A stretch of DNA of 64,000 nt from Tubulanus polymorphus (lineage: Eukaryota; Animalia; Nemertea), in assembly GCF_964204645.1 (NCBI RefSeq), contig NC_134025.1, positions 18,947,101-19,011,100 of the forward strand. The letters run 5' to 3'. The notes beneath the pieces are model-generated. The model saw nothing but the letters and a program-made list of their open reading frames with translations. It was not told the DNA's origin and searched no databases. Below, piece by piece: positions 1 to 13,376 of the stretch (position 1 is its first letter; every line of letters starts with the position of its first letter). The position numbers and the translations under genes were made by a program.

Positions 1-2388
1 GTGCAGATTAACTAAGAGAAATGGAAGAAATTAAGTTTGAGGATGGAATTCACTGTAATTAGTTTTCTTGAATCAAACTAATTTGACCACTGTTTGAACT
101 GAGGTTATTGATGGATTCTGCTATGTAGTTGTAGGCCTATGCTTCTGTATGTTTCTCTTTACTGAGCCTGGGAATCAACCCTTCTCTAGTTTCTACACTA
201 TCTATTTATAGTGCTGTACTGCACTAAAATTACTGATGTCTAACCCAGAAATCCAGCTGCTCATACATAAATAGACGTTAGAGCAAGTGTGGGTCATACC
301 CCTTCCATCAATTTGTTTGAGTATTTTCCTATTTTAGAAATTCAAGTCTACTAGCATTCCTAGACAGTATATCTGGTTAGTAGAAATAATAGTAGAAATA
401 ATTTTTGAATAAAAACTCATTATTAGTCCATTGAAATATCTGAAGGGAAATCAACATATTTCCTTTGGTTGAATATATAATATCCATGCCTTTTTAATTG
501 ATTCGTGAGGAGTCCATAATGTCACTAGCTGTCTTGCTTGTTAACACATCATTTCGTAGTTGAGTTGAAGTACATGTAGTTACAGATCTTGGTTCCTTTC
601 ATTTGTGGTTATGATATGAGTCGTAACAGTGTATTTATTTATGAGCATAGACAGCTTGGATCTTGCAGTTCAGCAAACTGGTTCATCATATGTGGCTGCA
701 GTTTTTCCCCACTTCAAAAGTTAAGAAGTAGATAAATTAGTATTGTCATCCGATTTACTCGAATGAGTTGAAAAGGTGTATGCTGCAATGCATGCAGAAA
801 TTAATTGATACTTAACCTCAATAAAACAAAATATATGATATTCCATCACTATCAATGTAAAGCCCAAACAATAATTTCCAAAAAATGATGGGAGAATAGG
901 AGATTCACTAGAAAGAACCACCCAAACTGATTTTCTTAGACTGACATATACACGAGAATTCATAACAATATCCATTAGAAATTAGAAAGAATCTCCCAAA
1001 TCACGGGTATCATAAACAAACCAGAAAACCTTCCAGACCCTAGACATCTTACTCTTTACTACACACTTGATCCCTTACCTAAGGCCTACTTGCCTGGCCA
1101 GTCACGAACCGAAAATAACTAATGCCTAATCATTACTTGATTACTGCACAACCCTAACGATGTTTGACCTTTGCCTAATCGCCAAATTCAATACAATTTT
1201 ATCATTGAAATTGTAAGACGGTACTACATTTTCACCGCTAAAGTGAAACATCTTGTTTTTTTCTCATTTCTCATGTTGGCGAAGTCATCATGGCGTAAGA
1301 ACGCAATGTTTTATGTCCAGCTGGGAGAATCTTCTCATCACTTTTGGGTAATTTAGTATTTTGTGAAATAAGAAATTACGGTACTAAGACTGGACTAATT
1401 ATCCCTGGCAACAAAACAACACAAAACGTATCATGTTGTAAGCCAATCCAGTTTTAAATGTCGGATCGTCCTTCTATCACGATGGTGAATTTATAATTTG
1501 CATTTATTTGGCTACTAAAAGTAAATTGAATTTATGATGGCTGGGTATTCTAGGCTTTGCTTGACCCTATGAACACCGCATTCATTTTTACCCATCAGAT
1601 TATGAGTTTAAATTTAAAAATCAACTTCTCAAACTAGCGTTTAGTGTATATATTATGCCTCCGATGTATATTTTATATATCTACGTATATCTTTTTCTAT
1701 GAAATTGAATAACTTGGATGGGGATTGCTGAGAAACAGTGCCTATTGAAATGCATTAGGTTTTTTTAAGCTGTGTGTATTTTCTGTTATACCTCTATTGC
1801 TATATTGTTTTATAGCATTGAGAGTCACTAGGGAGGTAGAAGGAGCTAGCTTCCATTGCGTAAGCCTATTTTAAAGAATCAACGAGTTGTTTCAATAACT
1901 GAATCGATCATATATAAGGTACATACTTCAATCAGCTGCTGTGAAGCTAAAAATACTCTACCAGCATAGCTTAGCTCTCTGCACTGTATTGCTACCCTGT
2001 AGTCCATCGAGGCCCTATAGTTCATCATCACATACATACTCTACATAGTGCGTCATAAGGATTCATCAAAAACCAATAAAAGTACAATTTGATAAAAATG
2101 AATTCATATTCATCGTTATTTAAAAGGTTTTATTTACATAGAACTCTTCAATAACTTTTCAAATGTTAGTTAGGGTTGAATATCTACAACCCCTCTACAA
2201 TGAATATTCAAAGGAAAATGATTTGTCGACTTATCATATCTAACCATATTTAGTCCCATGCAGCAGTTTGGAGCTTTTAATTTCGAAATAGGCCTACATC
2301 AGCACATTACAAATCTTTCATGAAATGAATAGTCCTGAAAGATAAAGTGAAAAATGATGTTATTAATAATCACAACAATCAAATGTTA

Positions 2389-3300
2389 TATTGCATTGAA
2401 TATCATTAGAAGACGTATTGAAATAGTAATGGACATATGATTATATCAGAAGCGGCAGGCATGAATCGAAATGATAAGTAAATCGGATTATTCAGTCAAA
2501 ATGGCAGATGTATACATGATTTTGGAAGTCTGATATAAAAGTAGGACCCTCACATGGGGATGCTGGTGGAATGACGAAGCTATGTACGATCTGTGTAGGG
2601 CCGGCGTGAATTTCATCGGCGGCTACAAGCGGTCAATATAAAAATGTGTAAACATATAATTTCAATATTCAAATGTTTTAGAAAATATGTTCGATATCAG
2701 GAGTATGCAGGTTTCATGAGATTAGCAATGTATAATAGCATAGCTGTCATATACGGCTCCGTGTCCTCTGATGACATGTGTATTAAGTAACAATTCAATT
2801 CTTTATTGATCCTCATTACATATAAAATTCCAAATTCAATAAAGTTACAAATATTGAAATAAGAAAATACAACATACAAAACACATATGTAATTCATACA
2901 GCATAACATAAACAAGTAATAAAAATAATGACATAAAAATAATGAAATTGTCTATTCAACCCAGACTCAAGAGGATATAGAGTGACAGCCGCCCGACGCG
3001 GGCCCGCCGGCTGGCTAGGGCCTGCCACACGATATGCTCCAAGAGTCATGATGAAGCAGACATCAGATGAGCTCTTTCCTTAACCATGGAGGCAATTAAT
3101 TATTGACAATTTTCAATAAAACAATCAAACCACTACTGAGTCGATGACCTGCGTCACCTCACCCAATCGCCAAATCTCATAATTCCCTGAATTTTTAAAA
3201 ATTCGATTTCAAATTTGCAATTCCATATTAGCTTATCCCAAAAATTCTATATTTTTTTCGCAGGTGTCAAATAATTTATTAAAATTGATTTTCTTGTTGC
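2389..3300. repeat. Interspersed repeat, ~0.9 kb, copy 1
   Basis: Direct colinear similarity to 15403-16310 (attgcattgaatatcattagaagacg...tagcttatcccaaaaattctat); family not determined. Confidence 0.85.
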
Positions 3301-4137
3301 TTTTGTTTTGACTTAATCAATGTATAGACTGATGAGGCAGTGAGGCATTGAAATATCACATTAATTTTTACCTGATTATCATTATTGATATGGAGATTCT
3401 CAAAATCACGACCAAGGGCGTAGCACCCAAAATCCATTGGTGCACGAAATATTTTCTGAGTGTCGGGAAGACGAGTGCTAATGGCATGTTGTCAGGAAGT
3501 GGGGTTAGGGGCCTTCCCCCAAGAAAATTTTGAAAATTCGTAGGTCTTAGGGAAAAATAGAAATCGCTTCTAATTGCAAAATCTTCTTGTGGTGGGCCCC
3601 ATGTCCCCTCAAAAAGTGAACAATCACTCATCATTTCAATTCTTACGAATCTGCAGTTGTTGTTTGGGTATAAAATAGACCTATCAATATTTTGCCTATT
3701 TAGGTATGTTTTTCTTTAAAAATTGCTTAATACTGTGATAGTGCAATACTGTCTATTGATTATTTTGACAATTCCATTCAATTGATGTTTTATTGTTCAA
3801 TATATGCTACGTCCCATCAAATAAATCTTGTAGAAATGGGAACTGTACAAAATAAATAACGGTACAGTTTAATGAGTAAAAGAGTAGAACAATGAGTAAA
3901 ACAATTTAAATTCCTGGCTATTCTAAACACTTACCAGTTTGATCAGTGAAAGTGACCACTTCCGAGTCAACACAGTAACATTGGTTAATACAGAAATCTG
4001 GTAAACATGGCGCCCCTGTGGAGATAATATTCTTTGCTACAGCATCACAGCCTTTGGGCTTCTCGTTTAATCATATTTTCAAACATCTACCATGGATATG
4101 AGCTTTAGGTTAAGTGTAAGGATTTTGTGTTTTGTAG

Positions 4138-4256
4138 ATATTTGTTAGATAATGGCGCCAATATTGCAGCTGTTAATAATGATGGTGAACTGGCTGTTGA
4201 TATTGCTGAAGAGGATGATATGCAAGAATTTCTCGAACAAGAAATGGGATTACGAG
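4138..4256 (+). CDS. PPP1R12A: MYPT1/PPP1R12A-like exon (ankyrin repeat)
   Basis: tttgtAG|...|GTatag; 119 nt; YLLDNGANIAAVNNDGELAVDIAEEDDMQEFLEQEMGLR(G), recognisable MYPT1 ankyrin region; ends phase 1, matching next exon. Confidence 0.93.
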
Positions 4257-4599
4257 GTATAGACGATTTTGTCTTCATATTTTTAGTTGCTTAAGTCGCA
4301 TCAAGAGTCCAATTATACCGGTAGATCAACATCAACGTTCTGCCACGTGCTAGTGATCTTTCATTTGTATCCCCAGTGTGATTTCATGACCGTATCAATA
4401 ATGAAAAATCTTTGATAAGACCAGACTGTCAATGAGATTTACAATTTCTTTCTGTTTCAGCAACAGGTATTATTATTCACTATGACTATTTTTGGCTAGG
4501 CTTATCAACGTATCATTCACCAATGGGCTGGACCCATAGTCCATTATTAATTTTCTCTCTTCCCCTGAAATTTTTGATAAAGGCCTATGATAATTCTTG

Positions 4600-5158
4600 A
4601 TTGATTGCTAGGATTTGTTTAACTTCTTTTAATAGATAGGGAAGCGAACATGGTTCCGATATGAAGGAAGGTGGAAGAAATCGGAATTCGAAATGATAAA
4701 ACTTAAAATGAAAGTCACTGAAAACAATCAATATTCTCGTAGAAATAATCTGAGATTCTTTAATATTGAGCATTCTTAGGGTGAGAACTGTAAAGAAATC
4801 ACTGTGTGGTCTCTGAATAACCATTTGAAAGATCAAATTAAGCCATTACGTTCATGCCGGCATTGAAATCGCGCACAGAGTGCCCTCAAAAACCCGGTCA
4901 ACCGGAACTGATAAGGTTAATGATCACGAGATTCGAAATGAGATATATTTCAATAAAAAGCACTTAAAAGAGGCAGATTTTTATGTGTCTTTAGACTTAT
5001 GCCCTGAGATGAGCTCTATAAACAAGAAGGCTGAAGAATCTGGTTTCTTTAAGAAAGTTTGGGCAAATGCAAATGGTGTGCTGTTCGGCAGTAAGAAATC
5101 TGATGGATCTAAGCATAAGCTGAATCTTCTTGATCCTGCCTTTGGAATCCTGCAGTAA
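4600..5158 (+). pseudogene. Decayed LINE ORF1-like (CR1/L2-type) fragment
   Basis: IRNEIYFNKKHLKEADFYVSLDLCP...FKKVWANANGVLF resembles the 'xKxLKxxxIFIxEDL...W..dGk' signature of LINE ORF1; upstream frames broken. Confidence 0.45.
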
Positions 5159-6467
5159 AAATTTCAAAAATTCTGAACTGATTAAACTCTAGCATGTGAT
5201 CCGGTGGTGTTCCGAGTTTGGCAGCTGAACTTATAATCGTTTGTATTGCTTGGCAGGTGTGACTATTCTACCCAGAGTGAGAAGAATATCCATGATCAAG
5301 CTTTCTGAACTATTGTAACTAAGCCGAGCAGTACTTTTATAGTAGAACGGCCAGCGTGTATTCATTTCACCAGTATAATCTGGTCTGTTGAGCCTCGATG
5401 CTCCTGTTATTAAGTTTCCATCTCCATGAGACTTAAAAATATAAATAGTTGGTTCCAACTTAACCTGTCCCTTAGAAGTTTAGATAAATACGTTTCTTGT
5501 TTGCGTGTATATGATAATAGTAGATTTTTTTTTCTTTTTTCATATATTACTTAGCTACTAATTGATTTAGTTTTTCAAAATTTATCAATCAATCTAGTTC
5601 TAGTCTGAAATATACCAAAATATTTTTATATGGATTCATCTTTGAATACTTGTGGAAGAAATATCCTTTTCGGTGCCTGGAGGCTAGGCATAGGTTAAAA
5701 TGCCTGTAAATTATTTGCATCACAGAGTGTGTGCTGGAAATTTCAGAAATTGTTTTCTATTACCTAGGTGTAAAAATGTATAGACAATAGCCAATTTTGG
5801 AGCCTTATTCTAATTTTATTCAAAATTCTTAAAATCATCCAAATAGGCATTGGCTTGTTGATCTTGATATGCCTCTTTGAACTGGAAGTGTTTGTTTAAG
5901 TTAACTGCCTTTTCGCTGTGTCTTGTGACAAACTGTCTCAAGAAATAAAGAGCTATTACATGTGGACATTTAATCATTAAAGGAATATAGAATATAGATG
6001 AAATATGTACAACAATAATCATGGACATTTAGTGTTGTTAAAAGACCAAGGGAAAAGATATATCTGAGGTATTTATTCCTGCCAGCTCCAGTGGCTATCT
6101 GTGCTACTTATGAAACACAATTGTAGTGTGTAAATTATAGGTATTGACTCAACTGAGCTGGGAGTGAATTTTGACAAATAACCCACAGAATGCATCATTT
6201 GCCATTTCATGAAAAGCTGACATGCTTCTCTGTGAAATAAATTCTGAATTGAATTGAATTCAATTGACTAGTTCCTTGTCTCTTCAGAGAGCTAGGGGGC
6301 GATAGTTTATGGTGGCATTCCACTTAATCGGATGATCATAGTGAATTGTCATTTGAAGGAAATGTAACTCATTCTTGCTTTATGTCTATTATTCAAATTG
6401 AAAAATCGTGGCTCCTATCTATTTTCATGTTCGCTTCTCTTCAAATGAAGTCACTCGAGTTAGTCTC

Positions 6468-7642
6468 GTTTTTGGTTTACCTTTGTCAGCAGTATGAGGT
6501 TGACATTGAGCCAATTCATGTAACATCGCGGTACGTTTTTTTATGTACGTTTTTTTTCATTGGTTCTCAGGTTAAACGACGTATAATCGATGCGATTGAA
6601 GACATGACGAACCTCCGCCGATGACATGGTCAACTCTGTTTAAATTCGACGAAAAACTGTTTTTGGCTGGAAAATTCTTAGCTCTTGCGTATAAAATTGT
6701 AATGACCTCGATTGGCGGGCGTCATCTCTACGAGCGAATGTGATTGGCTGTTTTTGGGATATACGGGGAATTCTGGCGCTACTAAAATAATTATGGAGAA
6801 GCCATTTATGGCGAACGTTTCATTGGACTAGGTGCAAATTTTAAATGCTCATTGCTGGTGAGAATATAATTATTTCACATATCGCCATAGGTATTGTTTC
6901 ATTTTAATACCCAGTGATTGTGTTGATTGAGATTGAAGTGAAGCGAACGTTATTACACAAGGCCTCCGCGTACGCGGGAGTGCTAAACATTAGACTGTTG
7001 CACACACAAACACACGCTCATACAGACTACTATATGGTGATGCTGTAACGCTGCTTGGGGCGTGCATGTTTGGTATGATAACAGGCTGAAAAATCGTCGT
7101 AGCAGAAGATGAGCGCTGTGTTTTCTGTTTGATAGAATTTGTAATAAATTGTAATTTCTTGTGACCTGAAAATACTAATTAGCAAACTATAGGTATAGAT
7201 CGAGGTCTGAATATTGTAGGTGTAAATTCCAGGATTTAAAACGATCTAATACTACGCCCAGTGTTTTAGCTTCCGCGGCCATACATTGGAAGAGGTTCGT
7301 TTCCAAGACTCAATATTCAGGCACCCCTTGTTATGTGACATCATATGAATTTTATTTGAATATTTTTTCATATTGTGAAAAATACATTTTCGAAAATATA
7401 AAATAGTTTCCAATGCCGCACCTACCTGTACCCTACGAAATTTTGGACGTAGACCATAAACAAATGTTTATCTTGGGGTCTTATTTGACTACAAAATAAT
7501 TCTTTTTAGGAAAGATAAAATACAATATAAACTTATAGAACCTTGAAGTCACGAATTAAAAAGATTTTTCAAGCAATGCCCTTACTCCAAACAACCTCTG
7601 GCTTTCAAGGTAAACCACACTTTGCCCATGGGCAATTTATTT
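6468..7642 (+). mobile_element. Non-autonomous Helentron-like element, family A, full-length copy
   Basis: Starts ttttGGTTTACCTTTG; subterminal inverted copy CAAGGTAAACC followed by palindrome TTGCCCATGGGCAA and T-rich end; no TSD; further copies at 23320, 31503, 37518, 52560. Confidence 0.75.
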
Positions 7643-7760
7643 TCCTTTTTGGCCACACCATAAGAAAACCCTGTTTCTCGGGCCCGACTGACCCGATATT
7701 CGTCGTGTCAGATAATCATTTTCAGAATAAAATACAATTGCCTACCAACCCTTTTTCAAA

Positions 7761-9152
7761 ATTTTGGGCAAAATAATTTTTTTCAAAAATATCGGCATCA
7801 AGATCAACATCATAAAAATATTTTATTTCATCGGATTTAACAATTTGATTCTGGAAGTGGTGCAGCCATGCTCAGACAACTTCTTTTTTGGCTAATCGGA
7901 CGACATTGGATTGTAAAATTCCAGGAGTTTCGTGAAATATGTTCAAAATATAGGCCTAGTTTTTTTTATAGGTAATCGTACAAACACCTCAATTTCCTTT
8001 TATTATTGTGGTCTACTAGCTGTTAATCATATTCCTTAATAAAACTTTGTCCATTAACTAGTATTTATGGGACCTACCCCATTTTCAAAAGTAAACCAAC
8101 AATTTTTTTTCTGTAAAAAGAAAAAAATTCCCTACCTTCCTACCCATTTTGATGATTGCCCTGCCTGTGAAACAGGATAATTTTTCTTTACAGCAAGGTT
8201 ATTTCAGCACAATCTTCATAAGTAATCTAGCAATTATCAACATATGATATATTCCGAAAAGACACCACAATATTCAAATAACAACCATCTAATAGCTTGT
8301 ACTAACTTGGTTCATGTCTACAATAAAACTTTTGTGTTTAAGGGGCGGATCCAGGGGCATGTTGTGATGTTGTGACCATGTCGACCAATAAAAAGGGCAT
8401 ATATTCTTAATTTGGGCAAAATAAAATTTTGGGCAAAATAATTTTTTTCAAAAATATATATGTGGCCGACCGACTACCAAACTCTCCATTCATGTAATAC
8501 TTTTTTTCTTTTAATCAGAGCATGATATCGGCATCAAGATCAACATCATAAAAATATTTTATTTCATCGGATTTAACAATTTGATTCTGGAAGTGGTGCA
8601 GCCATGCTCAGACAACTTCTTTTTTGGCTAATCGGACGACCTTGGATTGTAAAATTCCAGGAGTTTCGTGAAATATGTTCAAAATATAGGCCTAGTTTTT
8701 TTTATAGGTAATCGTACAAACACCTCAATTTCCTTTTATTATTGTGGTCTACTAGCTGTTAATCATATTCCTTAATAAAACTATGTCCATTAACTAGTAT
8801 TTATGGGACCTACCCCATTTTCAAAAGTAAACCAACAATATTTTTTCTGTAAAAAGAAAAAAATTCCCTACCTTCCTACCCATTTTGATGATTGCCCTGC
8901 CTGTGAAACAGGATAATTTTTCTTTACAGCAAGGTTATTTCAGCACAATCTTCATAAGTAATCTAGCAATTATCAACATATGATATATTCCGAAAAGACA
9001 CCACAATATTCAAATAACAACCATCTAATAGCTTGTACTAACTTGGTTCACGTCTACAATAAAACTTTTGTGTTTAAGGGGCGGATCCAGGGGCATGTTG
9101 TGATGTTGTGACCATGTCGACCAATAAAAAGGGCATATATTCTTAATTTGGG
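7761..9152. repeat. Recent tandem duplication (628-bp core)
   Basis: 7789-8416 repeated at 8525-9152 with only a few substitutions. Confidence 0.93.
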
Positions 9153-9384
9153 GCGGAAAGGCATATCAGCAAAATTTTTGAAATTTTATTATCATTTTAG
9201 AGCTTTCTGAGCATCTCTGACGGACATTTAGTCAAGAAACATGGTTATATATTTAGGAAAAATATCTATTGTGTATCTCAGGTGGTTGCAACGGCAAATT
9301 TTGATACAGAGAAAAAATAAAAAGGCACTTTAAAATTCCGACCGTGTTGGGCGACACGGTCGACATGGTCTAAATCCGCCCCTG
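9077..9384. mobile_element. hAT-like MITE
   Basis: TIR AGGGGCGGAT ... ATCCGCCCCTG; truncated left end duplicated near 8340. Confidence 0.55.
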
Positions 9385-9685
9385 CGTTTCCCAGTCCCCG
9401 GGTTTATTCATGTAGCAATGTGGAATTGAACAGTGGAATTGAATAGCGGAATAACAAATGTTGTTAGTTTCAGGGTCAGTGGTTTATGTGTAAGGTCTCC
9501 AGGGGGCGTTGAATAGCGGAATTAGTTAGTATTTCCATATTGAATTGGTACCTAGGCATATTTTGTTACTTCTATCAATTGCAAAATTGTAGCTAATGAC
9601 ATTTTCTATGAATGTTAGGAGTTTCAAGGTCATAGTTTTCACCATACATGATGTTCACCAGGTGTTGTCAATTCATTTCTTTTAG

Positions 9686-9845
9686 GTTTGGATGCCGATG
9701 CGGCTCGACGGGAAGAAGAAGAGATGATGCTGAATGATGCTAATAATTGGCTTAAAACTAAAGTTATCCGTGAAACTCATCATCCAAAAACAGGGGCCAC
9801 TGCTTTTCATGTCGCAGCAGCAAAAGGCTACATAAAAGTCCTGAA
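9686..9845 (+). CDS. PPP1R12A: MYPT1/PPP1R12A-like exon
   Basis: ttttAG|...|GTaagt; 160 nt; GLDADAARREEEEMMLNDANNWLKTKVIRETHHPKTGATAFHVAAAKGYIKVL, the diagnostic MYPT-family AARxEEE...HVAAAKGY segment. Confidence 0.96.
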
Positions 9846-10425
9846 GTAAGTTTATGTTCAAGTATTATTCATTTGTCATAGTCAAACTCATGCAAGCAAA
9901 CAGCTAGAAATTTCTTATGGTTATTTTTAGTATTGCTTGACGTCTATGACATCATGCCAATGCTAGTAAAATGGATTTAAAGTCATAGGCAAAATTTTTT
10001 TAGAGGAATAACCCTCACCCTGTTAACCCTGCACCCCCTTCTAGGAAGCCAGTAAAACATATACAGGTAAAACATATACAGAATATCATAGGCGGCACCA
10101 GGAATTTTCTTCGGGGGGTTTGAGTACGTAATTTTTTACTAAAAGTCGCCGAAGGGCGGAGCCTGCTCGGGTGCGGAAATATAAAACATTTTTATCAGCG
10201 GAAATTTCCGCAAAATTATGTGAAGGAGATGCATTCTGACGCTATCTACTAGGCCTAATACCAACGAATACGTCGAGAACGACAGGACCTAACCATCCAC
10301 ATGTATTAATGATTCCATCTAATATTTACCCCGCATCCGAGCGGGATCTGCCCTTCAGACAGAAATATTTTAGGCTTAACGACAAACGCTACTTGTCATA
10401 TGACATGTATGACAACGCGTGCCTC

Positions 10426-10807
10426 TGTAACCGGCTGGTTGTTGTATCGGCAGGCTGGCTGGGGAACTAGCATTTACACCAGCGGTACAGGATTCCATCC
10501 ATCAGGAACAACAAGGCAGTTAAACCTTATATGTACAATCTTTATTGCATCCCGGAATGAGAATGATTATCATAGCTTTACATAGTCTTTATATACAGAA
10601 TCATGAGTATAATGTGAGAACTAGGTGTCAGACAAGTTGTAGACATCAGGACGCACAAATAAACACCTAGTGACATGTTTGAGAGACATTAATTAATTAT
10701 CGATGAGCACTGACTATAGCTAATTATCGTGAAAACATGTTGAGTAATGTCACATGTTGATTACGACCTTAAAGCACATATTGACACTATAGTCATAAGT
10801 TATATTA

Positions 10808-10853
<46 letters not shown>

Positions 10854-12855
10854 AATATGTAGTAGAGCTATGAAATGTTATGAACTGTTCGATATGACAT
10901 TGTAGATCTATATGATTATGAAATATGCAAATTATATCAGGGTGACAGATGCCCCTTGTCCAATTAAATTTGGTCCTCCAAATTTGCGGAAAACGCAGAT
11001 ACTATAAGTTCATCAAAACTCCTTCCATCGCGAAAACATGAAAGATTGACTTTCACCGCGCAAAAATGTGCAAACGCTGGACAGTAACATCCAGATTATC
11101 AGTCATTCACGAAAGAGTCACATGTTGTCGTTATATACGGACGATGCGATGATACGTTAACTGTAATTTTGAATGATCTGCAAACGATCCCCGAATTCTG
11201 GTTGGTTCTGCGACGAACAGAAGTAGCGACGTGTTGCGTAGTTATAGCGTCCCGAAGATCAGTTGGTGATGCAAGTTGCAAGTAGTACGCATTTCTCTGT
11301 TTTGAAGATCTTTCGATTACTGACTGGAAATAACTTCGTGACACAATGATAGTAACATGCAACATTTGACATCAGAGCAGAGTTCAGGCAATGACACAAC
11401 ACAAATACAGTTACCCTTGTCAGCCAAAAGGAAAAAATTATCATCATCCAAAATAAGTGGTCAGAAGTAAATAAAGAATAACCATAGTAATTGAGCAAAG
11501 ATGACACCACCAGCATAACTGAACTGTTTTAACACCTATCATCGCAGTCTCAATTAATCCACGTTATATTATATCATTGATAAATTCATACCGTACCGTA
11601 CACTCATCTCAGTTATGTCTCGTATTAGATTTACAATGACGTTATTTGCGTGTTTTCTACGAAAGATTTCATGCACTCTACTTAAAATGACTAGTATATA
11701 TTAATTGAACGTATGAACTATCCGATCTTTGAACCGTTCAGGGCGTAAATAAACTGAAAATATACGTACGAGTAATAAGCTGATCAATTCATCGTTAATA
11801 TCCATATGATATCCTGGAAAGCTTAAGAAAACCTACTGTAGCTACTACTGAGTTTCGAAGAAATAGATTTTAAACGAGAAGCGTACTGACTTTGTGTGCC
11901 AGGAGGTGTTTCATACCAAGGCCGCCATGCAGGGGGAGCGAACCGCCCAAATAAAACATAGTATTCTAAGACTCCCTGGTCGTTGAAACGTGTTGATACG
12001 GCTCGAGCGGCAGTAGGTATAATGTTTTTGAGCTCGGTTTCGGTGGGAGGCCTTTCATTTTCCAAGATGACATGATATATACCCCATACATGTTCAAGAC
12101 TCTCTCCGTAATCACTTACTTCAAACCAATCTCGTTTTGATGCCCGGTACCATGGACTGTCATGGTAATATTTTACGAATAGCACATTATTTTGAAATTT
12201 GGTAGCAACAACCGTTTTTCCTGTAGGGCACGGACATAATGCTCGACGATTTCCCGTCCGAATAGCTTCTTCGATAGCGACATTACTTGAATCTGAACTA
12301 CTCTTAACGCTATCCTGATTCGTATGATCTTGGTGAGTTTTCGATCGAGCTGAACAATATACACTATTTACATTCTCATTATTTGATGAGTCTTCATTAG
12401 ACATCTGATTATCAAATTCCTGGAAGCGATCATTAGTAACATATACACCCTGTATTACGGTTCCATTTAATTTTCTTCTAGGTTTTTCACGTATCTCTAC
12501 TTCACTAAGATTGTACATATAAGGTTTAACTGCCTTGTTGTTCCTGATGGATGGAATAACAAGGCAGTTAAACCTTATATGTACAATCTTTATTGCATCC
12601 CGGAATGAGAATGATTATCATAGCTTTACATAGTCTTTATATACAGAATCATGAGTATAATGTGAGAACTAGGTGTCAGACAAGTTGTAGACATCAGGAC
12701 GCACAAATAAACACCTAGTGACATGTTTGAGAGACATTAATTAATTATCGATGAGCACTGACTATAGCTAATTATCGTGAAAACATGTTGAGTAATGTCA
12801 CATGTTGATTATGACCTTTAAGCACATATTGACACTATAGTCATAAGTTATATTA

Positions 12856-12904
<49 letters not shown>

Positions 12905-12998
12905 AATATGTAGTAGAGCTATGAAATGTTATGAACTGTTCGATATGACATTGTAGATCTATATGATTATGAAATATGCAAATTATATCAGGGTGACA
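10426..12998 (-). mobile_element. Internally deleted/rearranged LTR retrotransposon (Gypsy-like)
   Basis: Full LTR 10426-10947 (TGTAACC...GGTGACA), partial LTR 12558-12998 nearly identical to 10510-10947; purine-rich tract GGACAAGGGGCATC abuts the LTR on the minus strand; AATAAA in LTR on minus strand; imperfect 4-bp TSD CCTC/CCAC. Confidence 0.8.
11823..12518 (-). CDS. 231-aa ORF inside the LTR element, probably a pol C-terminal remnant with chromo-like segments
   Basis: Uninterrupted ORF in AT-rich DNA; segment RFNDQGVLEYYVLFGRFAPPAWRPW resembles the chromodomain EYxVxW...W.P pattern; ATG derives from an inverted LTR piece. Confidence 0.5.
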   Translation of the reverse strand: MYNLSEVEIREKPRRKLNGTVIQGVYVTNDRFQEFDNQMSNEDSSNNENVNSVYCSARSKTHQDHTNQDSVKSSSDSSNVAIEEAIRTGNRRALCPCPTGKTVVATKFQNNVLFVKYYHDSPWYRASKRDWFEVSDYGESLEHVWGIYHVILENERPPTETELKNIIPTAARAVSTRFNDQGVLEYYVLFGRFAPPAWRPWYETPPGTQSQYASRLKSISSKLSSSYSRFS

Positions 12999-13376
12999 CC
13001 ACTTCAAACTGGCACAGTTCGAAGCGAGATGCTTTGTCATGTGGCAGTAGCTGGCTCGCAAAAGCTATTAGAGAAGTTTCCCAATATCACGAATACAACT
13101 TTCATCACTTGCCGATTAAGACACCAGCTATTAAAAGTTTAGCCCATTAATTTTGACTGATGTTTAATATGATAGGGCCTATGGTTTAATTGATAGTGAT
13201 GGACCGAAATTGGTTTTGATTATGTGTCACACGTGAAGGCAAGAAATATTATGGACTTTGTCCATGTTTGTTTTTACAAAACGGACGATATCAATAGAAA
13301 CAGATGCGATGATCGAAGGGGGTCACTTTACGTTAGATTATGCCGGGACTCAACCCTTTTCATTTGAACATTTCTT

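Noticed and set aside
3329-3358. CTGATGA...GAAA hammerhead-like core
   Set aside because: No convincing stem II, stem I or cleavage triplet
6346-6624. Recurrent ORFs '...KRRIIDAIEDM...' (also 31491, 37574) as a small gene family
   Set aside because: They lie in family A repeats; starts, stops and frames differ between copies
10492-12557. DNA transposon with 51-bp TIRs, or Penelope pLTR structure
   Set aside because: No TSD at these ends; TG...CA LTR termini, a purine tract and a near-TSD at 10426/12998 explain it better as a rearranged LTR element
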